DNA of 53,177 nt from Phycisphaerales bacterium. GTDB lineage: Bacteria > Planctomycetota > Phycisphaerae > Sedimentisphaerales > UBA12454. A program made the position numbers and the translations under genes. Positions 17,108 through 27,153 of this stretch are shown in pieces. The notes under the pieces were generated by a model. That model ran no database searches. It saw only the letters and a list, made by a program, of their open reading frames with translations, and was not told where the DNA came from. Positions within the stretch are counted from its first letter, which is position 1; every line of letters starts with the position of its first letter. Location: the NCBI GenBank assembly GCA_039679715.1, contig JBDKUM010000235.1:1-53177 (forward strand). Reading direction: 5' to 3'.

Positions 17108-18536
17108 CTGCTAAAGATTCATAACCTGTGAAGTTTAAAAATCTCTTAAGATTGAAAACCGGTATATACAAATCTTTAGCTTGTTCTTTTGTTGCTTTAT
17201 ATTTATCAGCGTTCTTTAACGATGCTTCGTATTTTTCATTTGCCAGCGGATCATTTTCGATATCATCGAGTGTGGGCTTTTTCTTTTGCTGAGGTTCGTT
17301 GCCCAAAACAACGTAATCGGTGTCGATTGTTACAGTATCTTCAACCTTGCCGCCCCAATTTTCGATGAGCTGTGCGATTTTCGTTTGTGCGTCTGAATCA
17401 ATCTGGCCGTCGCCGTTGAAATCAAAATCGCCCGCTATGACGAATCTATTTACCGCTTTGCTGTCCCAAATGAGATTTATTATTACATCACCTTCAGCAA
17501 CGGGATTGCGTTTGCTTGAATTTACGATTCTTGCGGTCGCGGTGTTTTGCGAAACATCGAATATCTCGATTTCACCTTTGCTTGAACCATCAGTTGGAAT
17601 TGGTGCGCTTCTGTCGTAGACCGCGAAAGTCAGGCCCGGATAAACTTTGCTTTCACTGCCGATATCTATGAAAACTATATTCGATTGAATATCAACAGAG
17701 ATAATGTGCCCATCTTGATGATACGCTGCGACGTCTTCTCTAGGCCTTGGTTTATAAACTTCCAGCTTGCTAAGAGCGTCCTGCAATCTGTTTTGTGTGA
17801 TTTGAAGATTGCTCATATTTTCCAGCAATTCCTGCTGGCTTTTATTTTTTGCATCGATAGCTTCATCACGCTGCTGCATAAGAGCCTGAGTCTGTTCATC
17901 TGCTTTCTTGGCCATCAGGTCGCGAAGCTGATTATAACTTTGCTGAACGCTGTTTGCGTCTTGCCTGACTATATTAAGCTGTGCGAGAAGCTCCTGCTCT
18001 CTATTCATTGCGCCTTTTTTAGAAGTATCAAAGTCGTCGTTAAGCTTTGCGATTTGCTCGTCCAACTTTTCAATAGTTGAGTTTTTCTGCTCCAGCTTGT
18101 TGTGATAAATATCGACTATTCTGAAAAGTCCCGGTGCGTTGATATCGTTTGGTGCTGTTGTTATATCGAATTCTTTCGGAAGCTTTGCGAGAATGTCGTT
18201 GAATTTAGATTGCAACTCAATAACCTTTGCCTCAGCGCTGGTTTCCTGTGGTGCAAGGCCGGTTTCCATTCGGTACACATTATCAAGATAACTGATAAGC
18301 TGACGGACTCTGCTGTCCTGACCTGCTTTTTGCCCGACGAGATTCCCAAGATTTGAAACCTCATTGGATTTAGCAACTTCTTCAAGCTGCTGCTGGCTTT
18401 GTGCAAGCTGATCCCTGCTGTCTTCAAATTTGATGTAAAAAATTACAGCCGCTATAGCTGCGATAATAAATAAACCGACAAAAACGATAGCTGTGTATAG
18501 CATGGTGCTGCTTTGATCCTGACGAGCTACTGCCAT
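17094..18536 (-). CDS. Membrane-anchored coiled-coil protein with C-terminal beta domain and BRCT-like domain
   Basis: N-terminal TM; long Q/E/K-rich heptads; IENWGGKVEDTVTIDTDYVVLG resembles BRCT. Confidence 0.7.
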   Translation of the reverse strand: MAVARQDQSSTMLYTAIVFVGLFIIAAIAAVIFYIKFEDSRDQLAQSQQQLEEVAKSNEVSNLGNLVGQKAGQDSRVRQLISYLDNVYRMETGLAPQETSAEAKVIELQSKFNDILAKLPKEFDITTAPNDINAPGLFRIVDIYHNKLEQKNSTIEKLDEQIAKLNDDFDTSKKGAMNREQELLAQLNIVRQDANSVQQSYNQLRDLMAKKADEQTQALMQQRDEAIDAKNKSQQELLENMSNLQITQNRLQDALSKLEVYKPRPREDVAAYHQDGHIISVDIQSNIVFIDIGSESKVYPGLTFAVYDRSAPIPTDGSSKGEIEIFDVSQNTATARIVNSSKRNPVAEGDVIINLIWDSKAVNRFVIAGDFDFNGDGQIDSDAQTKIAQLIENWGGKVEDTVTIDTDYVVLGNEPQQKKKPTLDDIENDPLANEKYEASLKNADKYKATKEQAKDLYIPVFNLKRFLNFTGYESLAAKSD

Positions 18537-18701
18537 TAAAAAATCTCCTGAATATATATTAATATGAGTTCAGTACTTACGTTTCTTCTAAGATAAAGTA
18601 TTATCGGCATATAATGGTATTTAGTCAACAAAATTTTACCCAAATTCTCAAACTTATATTGGCGTAAGTGCTTGAATGTTAGTATAGTTATATACCGATT
18701 C

Positions 18702-18748
18702 GTCATTTCGAGCGAAGTCTTGCAAGTGCAGGACGAAGTCGAGAAATC
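18702..18748 (+). repeat. REP-like element (GTCATTTCGA...GAGAAATC)
   Basis: gtcatttcgagcgaag...gtcgagaaatc. Confidence 0.7.
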
Positions 18749-18787
18749 AAAAAATGAGCAATTTTTCCACTTTTAATAAGGAAATAT

Positions 18788-19582
18788 ATGGCTAATGAAC
18801 GTTTGCAAAGAATTCTCGCTGCTGCGGGTATAGATTCTCGGAGAAGGTGCGAAGAGTTGATCCTTCAAGGCGCAGTTCGCGTAAATGGCAGAATAGTCGA
18901 TACCTTGCCCGCCTTTGCTGATGCCGCTACAGACATCATTACAGTCGATGGCAGAAGAATCCACAAGCCCAACAAGGTTTATTTCCTGCTCAACAAGCCA
19001 AAAGGAGTCATTTGTACCAATGATGACCCGGGCGGCAAAACTAAAGCTATTGATTTAATAGATACCAAAGAACGCATTTTCTGTGCCGGTAGGCTCGATA
19101 CCGAAACCACTGGTGCTATTGTACTTACAAACGATTCCGTACTTGCCGACCGCCTTACTCATCCTCGTTTTGGCATCGAAAAAACATATTTAGTAACAAT
19201 CAAAGGCAGGCTTTCGCATGAAGAGATAGAGAAAATGAAAGGGGGCGTTTGGCTTTCAGAGGGCAAAACAACTCCCGGCAAATTGAAGGTTTTAAAAACA
19301 TCAGAACACGAATCGCAATTGGAAATCAGAATCCGGCTGGGCCTTAATCGAGAAATACAAAGAATCATGGCGAGACTGGGGCACAAAGTTATCTCATTAA
19401 AGAGAACACATATCGGAAAAATCTCACTTGAACGGCTTGCGATCGGCTCTTACCGTTCCCTGACCATATCGGAAATTAAATATTTGACTCAAACTCCTGA
19501 AAGGTCGACAGGATCGCCAAAAAAGCATGGCGCCGGTCAGGAATTTAAATCAAAATATAAAAGTAAACCTCCAAGACGATAA
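18788..19582 (+). CDS. rRNA pseudouridine synthase (RsuA/RluB family)
   Basis: S4 domain RLQRILAAAG.SRR; LNKPKG; GRLD catalytic motif. Confidence 0.92.
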   Translation: MANERLQRILAAAGIDSRRRCEELILQGAVRVNGRIVDTLPAFADAATDIITVDGRRIHKPNKVYFLLNKPKGVICTNDDPGGKTKAIDLIDTKERIFCAGRLDTETTGAIVLTNDSVLADRLTHPRFGIEKTYLVTIKGRLSHEEIEKMKGGVWLSEGKTTPGKLKVLKTSEHESQLEIRIRLGLNREIQRIMARLGHKVISLKRTHIGKISLERLAIGSYRSLTISEIKYLTQTPERSTGSPKKHGAGQEFKSKYKSKPPRR

Positions 19583-19661
19583 AAAATTTATTTTCTCGCT
19601 CGAAAAAACTTATTAAAACTAATTGCTTGTGTCGAAATTATTAAAAGTAAGGGATTTGCTT

Positions 19662-19832
19662 ATGAATACAATTACAGACACACACAAAACAGTTTTTGAC
19701 AGAATAGTTGAGATAATGGCCGATATGAATGTCATTGATCGCAGGCGAAAAGGGGACCGCAGGAAAAACGCATCCGGCTATACAGGCCCCGAACGCAGAA
19801 GCGGAACTGATCGCCGCAACGAAGAAGATTAA
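19662..19832 (+). CDS. 56-aa arginine-rich protein with DRR/ERR repeats (possible c-di-GMP binder)
   Basis: RBS TAAGGGA; DRRRKGDRRK..YTGPERRSGTDRR. Confidence 0.65.
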   Translation: MNTITDTHKTVFDRIVEIMADMNVIDRRRKGDRRKNASGYTGPERRSGTDRRNEED

Positions 19833-20602
19833 AAACTCGCAAATTCGGCCACTACCGGTGTATGGTCGCTGGGCTTTTCAAGCATTCTCGGCTTTTTGTC
19901 AATCACACAGCTAATACAGACATTAGCCATTGCAGGAGTCCCCATTATATAGTCAAGCCTCCAGCCTTTGTTGCGATTTACAGTAGTAGGGTCTCGATAA
20001 TCGAAATATGAATATTGACCTTCATCTGCGCAAAATTTCCTGAATAAATCCACAAACCCCCAATCGATAAAACCTTTGAAAATTTCTGAAAGTTCTTTAT
20101 TAAAACATACATGGCCTTCCATCCGTTTCGGATCATGCACATCTCTCGCTTCGTACGCGATATTCAAATCGCCCATCCACAAAATATTATCCGCAGGTTT
20201 ATAATTTTTCTTAAAATATTCAAGCAGCCTTTTGTACCAGTTGATTTTATATTCGTATTTTGCCGATTCGATCATGAAGCCTTGCGGAATATATGTATTA
20301 ATTATAATAAGATTTTCAAGCTGTGCTTTAACCATCCGAGATTCGTCTTTAGGTTCACTATCAAGCCCGAACTCGACAGCTTCCAGTTTTTTTTGGCTGA
20401 ATATAGCCACACCATTATAGCTTTTCTCGCCTTTATAAACAAAGTCATAGCCGCTGAACGCAAAAGCTTCTACAGGAAAATCCTTATCCTGCACTTTCGT
20501 TTCCTGAACGCAAAGTACATCCGGCTTGTTTTCCTCCAGCCAATCAAGAATTATCTGTGTTCGTGAACGTATCGAATTCGCGTTAAATGTTGCAATTTTC
20601 AT
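19829..20602 (-). CDS. xth: Exodeoxyribonuclease III
   Basis: ATFNANS, CVQETK, YNGVA, MGDLN, GWRLDY and PSDH motifs. Confidence 0.95.
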   Translation of the reverse strand: MKIATFNANSIRSRTQIILDWLEENKPDVLCVQETKVQDKDFPVEAFAFSGYDFVYKGEKSYNGVAIFSQKKLEAVEFGLDSEPKDESRMVKAQLENLIIINTYIPQGFMIESAKYEYKINWYKRLLEYFKKNYKPADNILWMGDLNIAYEARDVHDPKRMEGHVCFNKELSEIFKGFIDWGFVDLFRKFCADEGQYSYFDYRDPTTVNRNKGWRLDYIMGTPAMANVCISCVIDKKPRMLEKPSDHTPVVAEFASF

Positions 20603-23313
20603 AATGACTTGATCAATCTAACAAAGTAATCTGTTTCATCTTCTTTAACATTTTTTTTATCTATCACGCTCAAATTAGCTCTTACTTTCCAGCTTTTATC
20701 ATTTTCGATTTTTGCGATTTGCTGCTGGTTTAATTTATACCCGATTTTCTCAAGTAATGAAAGACACAATGCCCGCAAATTTTCTTTATCGCTTTGAAGA
20801 CCTTTTAAAAGTATCTCTGCTGAATCAGCGTCAATAAAATATTCGATTCCAAAAACTTCAATATGTTCATCTCCATAATAAGCCTTTAAAATCAGACTTA
20901 AAACATTTTTTGCTGTTTTGTTATCCCAGTAAAATCCGCCTGTTTCCCGCAGCGGATAAAGCAACTGCATCTTTCTTAAATCTTCCATGCTGTCAATTTC
21001 TTTTTCCACCTTTTCCAGATATAAATTTAAAACCTTTCTTGCATAAGGGGTCGGCAGCAATGTGATTGCTCGTTTATGGAAATACATGTCGAGTCTCTCG
21101 GCCTTGTGCGATTCAAAATATTCGTTTACCAAATCAACCGTTTCATTCGGTTCAAGAATAACCGTTAAAGCCGTTATAAGCTGATATTCTCTCGGTATTT
21201 CTTCTGATCTTTTACTTTCAAAGGCTGGTTCATCGCCAATGTTTCTTCTTTCCGCTAAAACTTTTAACAACGCATCTTTAATCTGTTTATCGCCAAGCAA
21301 TGCTCTTGCCGTTAAAGTCCTTGGTTTATCAGGGTTGTTGATTGAGCCGACAATGCTTGCAAGCTGATCTTTGCCTGCGAACATTAAATATCCTGTCATA
21401 ATGCGGTCAAAATTCTCTCCTGAAGTTTTATCATTTACATCGTTTATTCTTAAAAATCCAATTGGTTGTAGCTCCGTATATTTTCTTTTTTTGAGGTCCT
21501 GCAATACTGCCGTCAAATCATCTGATTGAACCAGAGGTAGAAAATAAATAAAGGTGTGCTCGGACGAATTTACATCATAAAGTTTCTTTAAGATTTCCTT
21601 ATATCCTTTTTTTGCGTTGCCTGAATACGAATAAATCTGTTTGCCGTTGTATTTTTTTATTTCGCTATTTATTGATTTAAAAGTCGGCGGCGTAAGCAGC
21701 AGAACTATGAACCAGCAGATTAAAAATGAAATACCGGACAAATAAAGCAGCTCTGCCCTAATATCAGCGATTCCTTCTTTGCCGCTGCCTGCTAAGGCTC
21801 TTAATATATTTCTCATTTTAAGTTTGCGGAAAGAATATTTAAATGCATACAGAATGAAGAATACCGCTAAAAAGTATTTAAAATATTTATGCCCCTGTAT
21901 AACACCCGCTAGTAAACCAGCCGGTATAGCAAGCAATATCGCGCCGATGATTCTGGTAACAATATTATCGAAATGCGGTTTAAAGAATTTTACAATGCCC
22001 ATTAAATTAAAGGCAGCAAATGAAATAAAAGGCAGAAAGACGTAAAATGGAGCGTCAGCAATTTCTTTCAAATCTCTCCAGCTTAAGCCGCTTAAAACTT
22101 CCTTGAGAAATGCCGGAAAAAGAAAAATTTCAGAATATGTATAATGAGTATGGCCCATGGCCAGCTCGCCCATTATTTCAGCTGTAAATATAAGCATGCC
22201 TGAAAATACGAAGATAATACTGTAAATCATGTATCTTCCCAGTGCGCCTTTGCTGATTTTAAAGCCGGCAAGTTTTTCTCTTCGTAAAATTATTAAAATA
22301 AAAAGTATTAAGCCGATTGTAAAATATATAAAAGATAACCTTGATAGCAGCAAAAAGGGAAATATCGCTAAAACGTATTTATTGGCGTCTTTCCTTTCGT
22401 CATAAGATTCATGCTGTGATTTAGCGATAGTGTCAAAGCTGAAATATGAGGCCAATTCCATTCTTCTTTCGTCTGCCTCTGCTTTTGTTAAATTTAACCT
22501 CTGCAATTCCAGTTGTTGAGGCAGCTGCCAGCCTCCGAAACCGCCCGGCATACTCCATTGCATACGCTGCAATCTGTCTTCTGTAGTAGTTTGTTTTATG
22601 AGCAGACTTATTTCCTTTTCTTCGTCCAGCCGGTTTTCTGTTATCAGAAAATTCTGATATTTAATTAGTTCCCGCCTTGTATCATAAAGATAAAAATCAT
22701 AATATGCTTCGTAGTTTAATTCTTCTATCAGCCGAAAATGCAAATCCTGCTTTTTTGCCAAAGATATGACTCTCTGCTTATATAACAAGTATGGATTTTT
22801 CCTGCCGGGGCATTGTCCTGCTTTTTTAAGTGTTTCAATTACCTTACTGAAATCATTGCCTTTTCTGCTTTTCAGCAATGCGTAAGCTTTGAGGTTGTAA
22901 TAATTCTCATTTTCACTGTCGAGTTGAATGAGCCGCTCTGCCAGTTTAGATAAGATAAGAGGGCTTAAACCTTCTTCGATTGCTCTGTAGCTGTTTGTTG
23001 CAAGTTCATAGAGGAAATACTGGTTGGCCGGATATTTTAAACAATTTTTTGCAAGTATTTCAAATTTATTTGCGTCATCGCGTTCAAAATAAGAGAGTTT
23101 ATAATTTATGATTGCAGCCGCTTGCGGGTCTGTCTTTTCATTTTTTTTATTGATGGCTGGAATTCTTGGGTTGTACCCGTTAAACATTTTGGGATCAAAA
23201 TTTTTGTGTAGTTTCCAGTATTCAGTCCAGATACTTTTTAAATTATTCCGCTGGAGATATGTGAAGTAAATACATACTGTCAATCCGATTAAAAGCAATT
23301 TCCCTAATCTCAT
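20599..23313 (-). CDS. Large hypothetical membrane protein (helical N-domain, multi-TM core, HEAT-like C-terminus)
   Basis: 904-aa ORF; several hydrophobic segments; LLKGLQSDKENLRA and DKSWKVRA resemble HEAT repeats. Confidence 0.65.
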   Translation of the reverse strand: MRLGKLLLIGLTVCIYFTYLQRNNLKSIWTEYWKLHKNFDPKMFNGYNPRIPAINKKNEKTDPQAAAIINYKLSYFERDDANKFEILAKNCLKYPANQYFLYELATNSYRAIEEGLSPLILSKLAERLIQLDSENENYYNLKAYALLKSRKGNDFSKVIETLKKAGQCPGRKNPYLLYKQRVISLAKKQDLHFRLIEELNYEAYYDFYLYDTRRELIKYQNFLITENRLDEEKEISLLIKQTTTEDRLQRMQWSMPGGFGGWQLPQQLELQRLNLTKAEADERRMELASYFSFDTIAKSQHESYDERKDANKYVLAIFPFLLLSRLSFIYFTIGLILFILIILRREKLAGFKISKGALGRYMIYSIIFVFSGMLIFTAEIMGELAMGHTHYTYSEIFLFPAFLKEVLSGLSWRDLKEIADAPFYVFLPFISFAAFNLMGIVKFFKPHFDNIVTRIIGAILLAIPAGLLAGVIQGHKYFKYFLAVFFILYAFKYSFRKLKMRNILRALAGSGKEGIADIRAELLYLSGISFLICWFIVLLLTPPTFKSINSEIKKYNGKQIYSYSGNAKKGYKEILKKLYDVNSSEHTFIYFLPLVQSDDLTAVLQDLKKRKYTELQPIGFLRINDVNDKTSGENFDRIMTGYLMFAGKDQLASIVGSINNPDKPRTLTARALLGDKQIKDALLKVLAERRNIGDEPAFESKRSEEIPREYQLITALTVILEPNETVDLVNEYFESHKAERLDMYFHKRAITLLPTPYARKVLNLYLEKVEKEIDSMEDLRKMQLLYPLRETGGFYWDNKTAKNVLSLILKAYYGDEHIEVFGIEYFIDADSAEILLKGLQSDKENLRALCLSLLEKIGYKLNQQQIAKIENDKSWKVRANLSVIDKKNVKEDETDYFVRLIKSL

Positions 23314-23579
23314 ATATCAGCCTCTGCCATGAAAGATATGATGCATTATATAGTCATTTCATCCTATAAATATTTAATTCTGATTTACTTTTCAATTACT
23401 TTTATCACACTTTTTATCGCTTTCTGGATACTTATGGACTACTTTTTGACACTTTTTGAACACTTATTTCACACTTTTTTTCGCTTTTTTCACACTTTTT
23501 TGTGTCATTTTACATCGTTTTTTTTCAATTATGCGCAAGTTCCGGCAAAAATGCGCATGATAATAACTGCATCAGTTTG

Positions 23580-24617
23580 CTATGGATTATGTAAGAATAA
23601 TCTGGCCAGTAGATAGCTAAGTGTGCTTTCAGCTCCCTGATTTATATTAACTCCATGTTTGCAGATGCCGTCGCAGCATCCTTTTGTCTTTTCATCATAC
23701 AATGGCAAATTCAAATCGTTAGCTCCTAAAAACCATTCAAAAGCTTTTCTCTGCAAATCGAGATAATCAGTGTTTTCCGTTGTTTCAAAAGCTTTTGCGA
23801 GCATTATAACGGTATATGCCGCTTCGATTGGCTGCTGGTCAAACTGTGCCCGTTCTTTGCCTCTCACATGCCAGCCGTTGGAACCAATGAAGCTGAAATA
23901 ATTTCCGTTATAAGTATGTTTGAGCATGAAGTCGCACGATTTCTTCGCGACATCAAGATACGATTTATCATCTAGAATTTTGGCAGCTTCGAACGTTGCG
24001 GCCGGCAAAATGGCGTTGGCGTAAGAAATCGTATTTTCATACCAGTGCCAATCGGGTGCGGAAGTATCAATAAAATGATTGCAAAGGGTATCAGCGGTTT
24101 GTTTTAATAAATCTTTAGCATACTTGTCTGAAGGAAATTTATGTAAATAATCTGCCAGTCCGAGAATTGAATATGCCTTTGCTCTTGTCGATAAATTTGG
24201 AATGTGATTGGCGGCATCATTAAAAAATTCCGTTATCATTGGGACATAATCCTGGTTAGGACAATCCCTGATGGCAGAACCAAAAGCCCATATTACTCTG
24301 CCAAGCGCATCGGCTGCAGGTTCGCATGTCCGCCATTTGCGGTCATAGTCCAAAAAATTGTAGACTGTTTTTTCGGGTTTTATAGCATGGTATAAAAAAG
24401 ACAAATAAATCTCGAATAATTTCAAAGCCTCTGCGCTGGGGTTATTATTATAATATTTCGTAACTACCAGCAGAGCACGGGCGTTATCATCCGTGCAATA
24501 ACCATGCTTGCGATCAGCGATTATATACTTGGCATGCTGAATTAAACCGGTATCGTCTGTAAGCCTTTGCAGATGCTGCAATGATATATCAGGTATGTTC
24601 TTAGGTTTTATTTCCAT
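23580..24617 (-). CDS. Glycosyltransferase-associated (alpha/alpha)-barrel-like protein
   Basis: HLQRLTDDTGLIQHA, GYCTDDNARAL, FDQQPIE and NQGAESTLS motifs, which I recognise as the C-terminal domain of GT4 fusions. Confidence 0.7.
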   Translation of the reverse strand: MEIKPKNIPDISLQHLQRLTDDTGLIQHAKYIIADRKHGYCTDDNARALLVVTKYYNNNPSAEALKLFEIYLSFLYHAIKPEKTVYNFLDYDRKWRTCEPAADALGRVIWAFGSAIRDCPNQDYVPMITEFFNDAANHIPNLSTRAKAYSILGLADYLHKFPSDKYAKDLLKQTADTLCNHFIDTSAPDWHWYENTISYANAILPAATFEAAKILDDKSYLDVAKKSCDFMLKHTYNGNYFSFIGSNGWHVRGKERAQFDQQPIEAAYTVIMLAKAFETTENTDYLDLQRKAFEWFLGANDLNLPLYDEKTKGCCDGICKHGVNINQGAESTLSYLLARLFLHNP

Positions 24618-24713
24618 ATTTTTAATAAATTTACATGAAGTATCAAGTTACTATTTAATAAAGACTTAAGGAAAAAAATATCAGGATTTTTATGGAAATA
24701 TCTACGCACCTAC

Positions 24714-24764
24714 TTGACAAGTGAGCGTAAAATATATAAGAATACTACTAATTTACTAGGAATT
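24714..24764 (+). promoter_or_regulatory. Operon promoter with probable Rrf2 (IscR/CymR-like) operator
   Basis: TTGACA at 24714; imperfect palindrome AATACTACTAATTTACTAGGAATT at 24741-24764 just before the RBS. Confidence 0.55.
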
Positions 24765-24776
24765 TAGGAGTAAGTT

Positions 24777-25214
24777 ATGAAACTTTCAACAAGAACAAGA
24801 TATGGTATGCGAGCTTTGCTTGAGTTAGCTCTGGCGTACAATTCAGGGCCGTTGCAGATTAAAACGATCGCGCAACATCAAAATATATCCAATAAGTACC
24901 TTGAACAGCTTGTCGCGATGCTGAAAACCGCAGGTTTGGTCCGCAGTATCAGGGGGCCGCATGGCGGGTATGTCCTTTCAAAGGCGCCTAAGGATATAAA
25001 TCTGGTAGATGTTTTCAAAACACTTGAAGGGCCGGTACTTACTGTTGAATGTGTTGATGATGAGACGGTTTGTGAAAATCATGCGGATTGCATCACAAGA
25101 CGGCTGTGGTCAGAAATAAATGAAGCGATTTTGAATGTTTTATCGAATAAGACAATAGGCGACCTGGTTGAAATGAACGACAAAAATAAACAGAAAAACA
25201 GCTACCAAATATAA
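24777..25214 (+). CDS. Rrf2-family regulator (IscR/CymR-like, three Cys)
   Basis: STRTRYG, YLEQL, SIRGPHGGY motifs; C-x5-C-x5-C. Confidence 0.93.
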   Translation: MKLSTRTRYGMRALLELALAYNSGPLQIKTIAQHQNISNKYLEQLVAMLKTAGLVRSIRGPHGGYVLSKAPKDINLVDVFKTLEGPVLTVECVDDETVCENHADCITRRLWSEINEAILNVLSNKTIGDLVEMNDKNKQKNSYQI

Positions 25215-25257
25215 AAGTATCGTGCATAATCTATAAATTCTTCTACAAGGATGAAAT

Positions 25258-26178
25258 ATGGGCAGGATTTTTAACAATTTAATTGAGACCATAGGGAATA
25301 CTCCTCTAGTTCGTATAAACGCATTAAACCAAACTCAAGCACAGGTTCTGGCTAAAGTCGAATTTTTCAATCCATGCGGTTCGGTCAAGGACAGAATCGG
25401 ATTTGCGATGATTGAAGCTGCCGAAAAGCAAGGTAGAATAAATAAAGAAACAACACTTGTAGAGCCTACAAGCGGCAATACAGGTATTGGTCTGGCATTT
25501 GTTTGCGCAGTTAAAGGTTACAAGCTGAAACTCGTAATGCCGGAATCGATGAGCGTTGAACGGCGAAAATTATTGAAAATACTTGGTGCGGAAATTATCC
25601 TGACACCAGCGGCAGATGGTATGAAAGGAGCGGTTGCGGAAGCTCAAAGAATGGTAAGCAATACGGGTAATTCCGTCATGCTTCAGCAATTTGAAAATCC
25701 CGCTAACCCTGAAATACACGTAAAAACCACGGCTGAAGAAATTTGGAATGATACAGACGGTAAGATAGATATATTTGTTGCCGGTGTAGGAACTGGAGGT
25801 ACAATAACCGGTTGCGGTAAATTTTTAAAAGAGCGCAAGTCCGGAGTGAAAATAATCGCTGTTGAACCTGCCGATTCCGCCGTCCTTTCAGGCGGAAAAC
25901 CCGGGCCGCACAAGATACAAGGAATTGGCGCAGGTTTTGTACCCAAAGTATTGGATACATCGATGCTTGATGAAGTTATTTGCGTTAAAAATGATGACGC
26001 GATTGATATGGCAAGAAAGCTGGCAATGAAAGAGGGGATGCTTTGCGGTATAAGTTCCGGAGCGAATGTATTTGCGGCATTGCAGGTGGCAGCCAGGCCG
26101 GAGAATAAAGGAAAAACTATCGTTACAATTATTTGCGATACAGGTGAACGTTATATTTCAACGGAATTGTTTCAATAA
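25258..26178 (+). CDS. cysK: Cysteine synthase A
   Basis: [22 protein letters not shown] and [10 protein letters not shown] motifs. Confidence 0.96.
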   Translation: MGRIFNNLIETIGNTPLVRINALNQTQAQVLAKVEFFNPCGSVKDRIGFAMIEAAEKQGRINKETTLVEPTSGNTGIGLAFVCAVKGYKLKLVMPESMSVERRKLLKILGAEIILTPAADGMKGAVAEAQRMVSNTGNSVMLQQFENPANPEIHVKTTAEEIWNDTDGKIDIFVAGVGTGGTITGCGKFLKERKSGVKIIAVEPADSAVLSGGKPGPHKIQGIGAGFVPKVLDTSMLDEVICVKNDDAIDMARKLAMKEGMLCGISSGANVFAALQVAARPENKGKTIVTIICDTGERYISTELFQ

Positions 26179-26205
26179 GCTTAAAGTTTTAATGCGGGAT
26201 TTTAC

Positions 26206-27099
26206 ATGGAAAATCACATAAAGCAGTATGTCAGGGAAATCCTTGAAACTTACAAGGACGAGTCTGGAATTAATTTTATTGATACAACAAACCTTCCTTT
26301 GCGGGACAAAATTCTGGAGGCTTTGGGCTTGTTGATGGAAGTGGTTTTTCCGGGATATACCGGTCTTCGAGATGTAACGAGTTCAAATGTAAGTTTTGTA
26401 ATCGGAGATCTTCTTTATAAAATACAGAGCATTCTTGATGAACAGATACAAAGAGCATTGCTTCATCAGTGCAGGCTAAAAAAAGCCGATTGCACGAGCT
26501 GCCAGGAAATGGCAAAGGAAGTGACGGCTTGTTTATTATGCGAACTGCCGAAGATACGAAGACTGCTTAAAACCGATATTATAGCGGCATTCGAGGGCGA
26601 CCCGGCGGCTTCGAGTTATGAAGAAATTGTATTGAGTTATCCCGGCCTGAAAGCAATAGCGGTGCACAGAATTGCGCATGAATTATATTTAAAGGGTGTT
26701 CCGCTGATTCCGCGCATAATGGCAGAGCACGCTCATCACGAGACAGGTATTGATATTAATCCTGGGGCTCGAATCGGTGAAAGATTCTTCATAGACCATG
26801 GCACAGGAATCGTAATCGGCGAAACTGCAATAATTGGAAATAACGTCAAGATATATCAGGGAGTAACGCTTGGGGCGCTTGCGCCTGCGAAAGGGCAGAG
26901 TCTTCGCGGAGTAAAAAGACATCCAACAATTGAAGATGACGTAACAATTTACGCAGCGGCGACGATTCTTGGTGATATTATAATCGGCAAAGGGGCTACT
27001 ATCGGCGGCAACGTTTGGATTAAAGATTCAGTGCCTGCAGGTGTAATGGTAACAATGACAAGGCCTGAACCTGTTTTTATTCAGAAGAATAAGAAATAG
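26206..27099 (+). CDS. cysE: Serine O-acetyltransferase
   Basis: [20 protein letters not shown] and KRHPT motifs. Confidence 0.92.
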   Translation: MENHIKQYVREILETYKDESGINFIDTTNLPLRDKILEALGLLMEVVFPGYTGLRDVTSSNVSFVIGDLLYKIQSILDEQIQRALLHQCRLKKADCTSCQEMAKEVTACLLCELPKIRRLLKTDIIAAFEGDPAASSYEEIVLSYPGLKAIAVHRIAHELYLKGVPLIPRIMAEHAHHETGIDINPGARIGERFFIDHGTGIVIGETAIIGNNVKIYQGVTLGALAPAKGQSLRGVKRHPTIEDDVTIYAAATILGDIIIGKGATIGGNVWIKDSVPAGVMVTMTRPEPVFIQKNKK

Positions 27100-27148
27100 A
27101 CACAGACATACACGGTTTTTAAGACACTGATTTACACGGATTAACACT
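27098..27148 (+). repeat. 9-bp-period tandem repeat element
   Basis: gacacagacatacacgg...acactgatttacacggattaacactg. Confidence 0.8.
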
Positions 27149-27153
27149 GTATA

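Noticed and set aside
23329-23616. 95-aa Phe/His-rich ORF
   Set aside because: It is the translation of the T-tract low-complexity block and overlaps the end of the opposite-strand gene.
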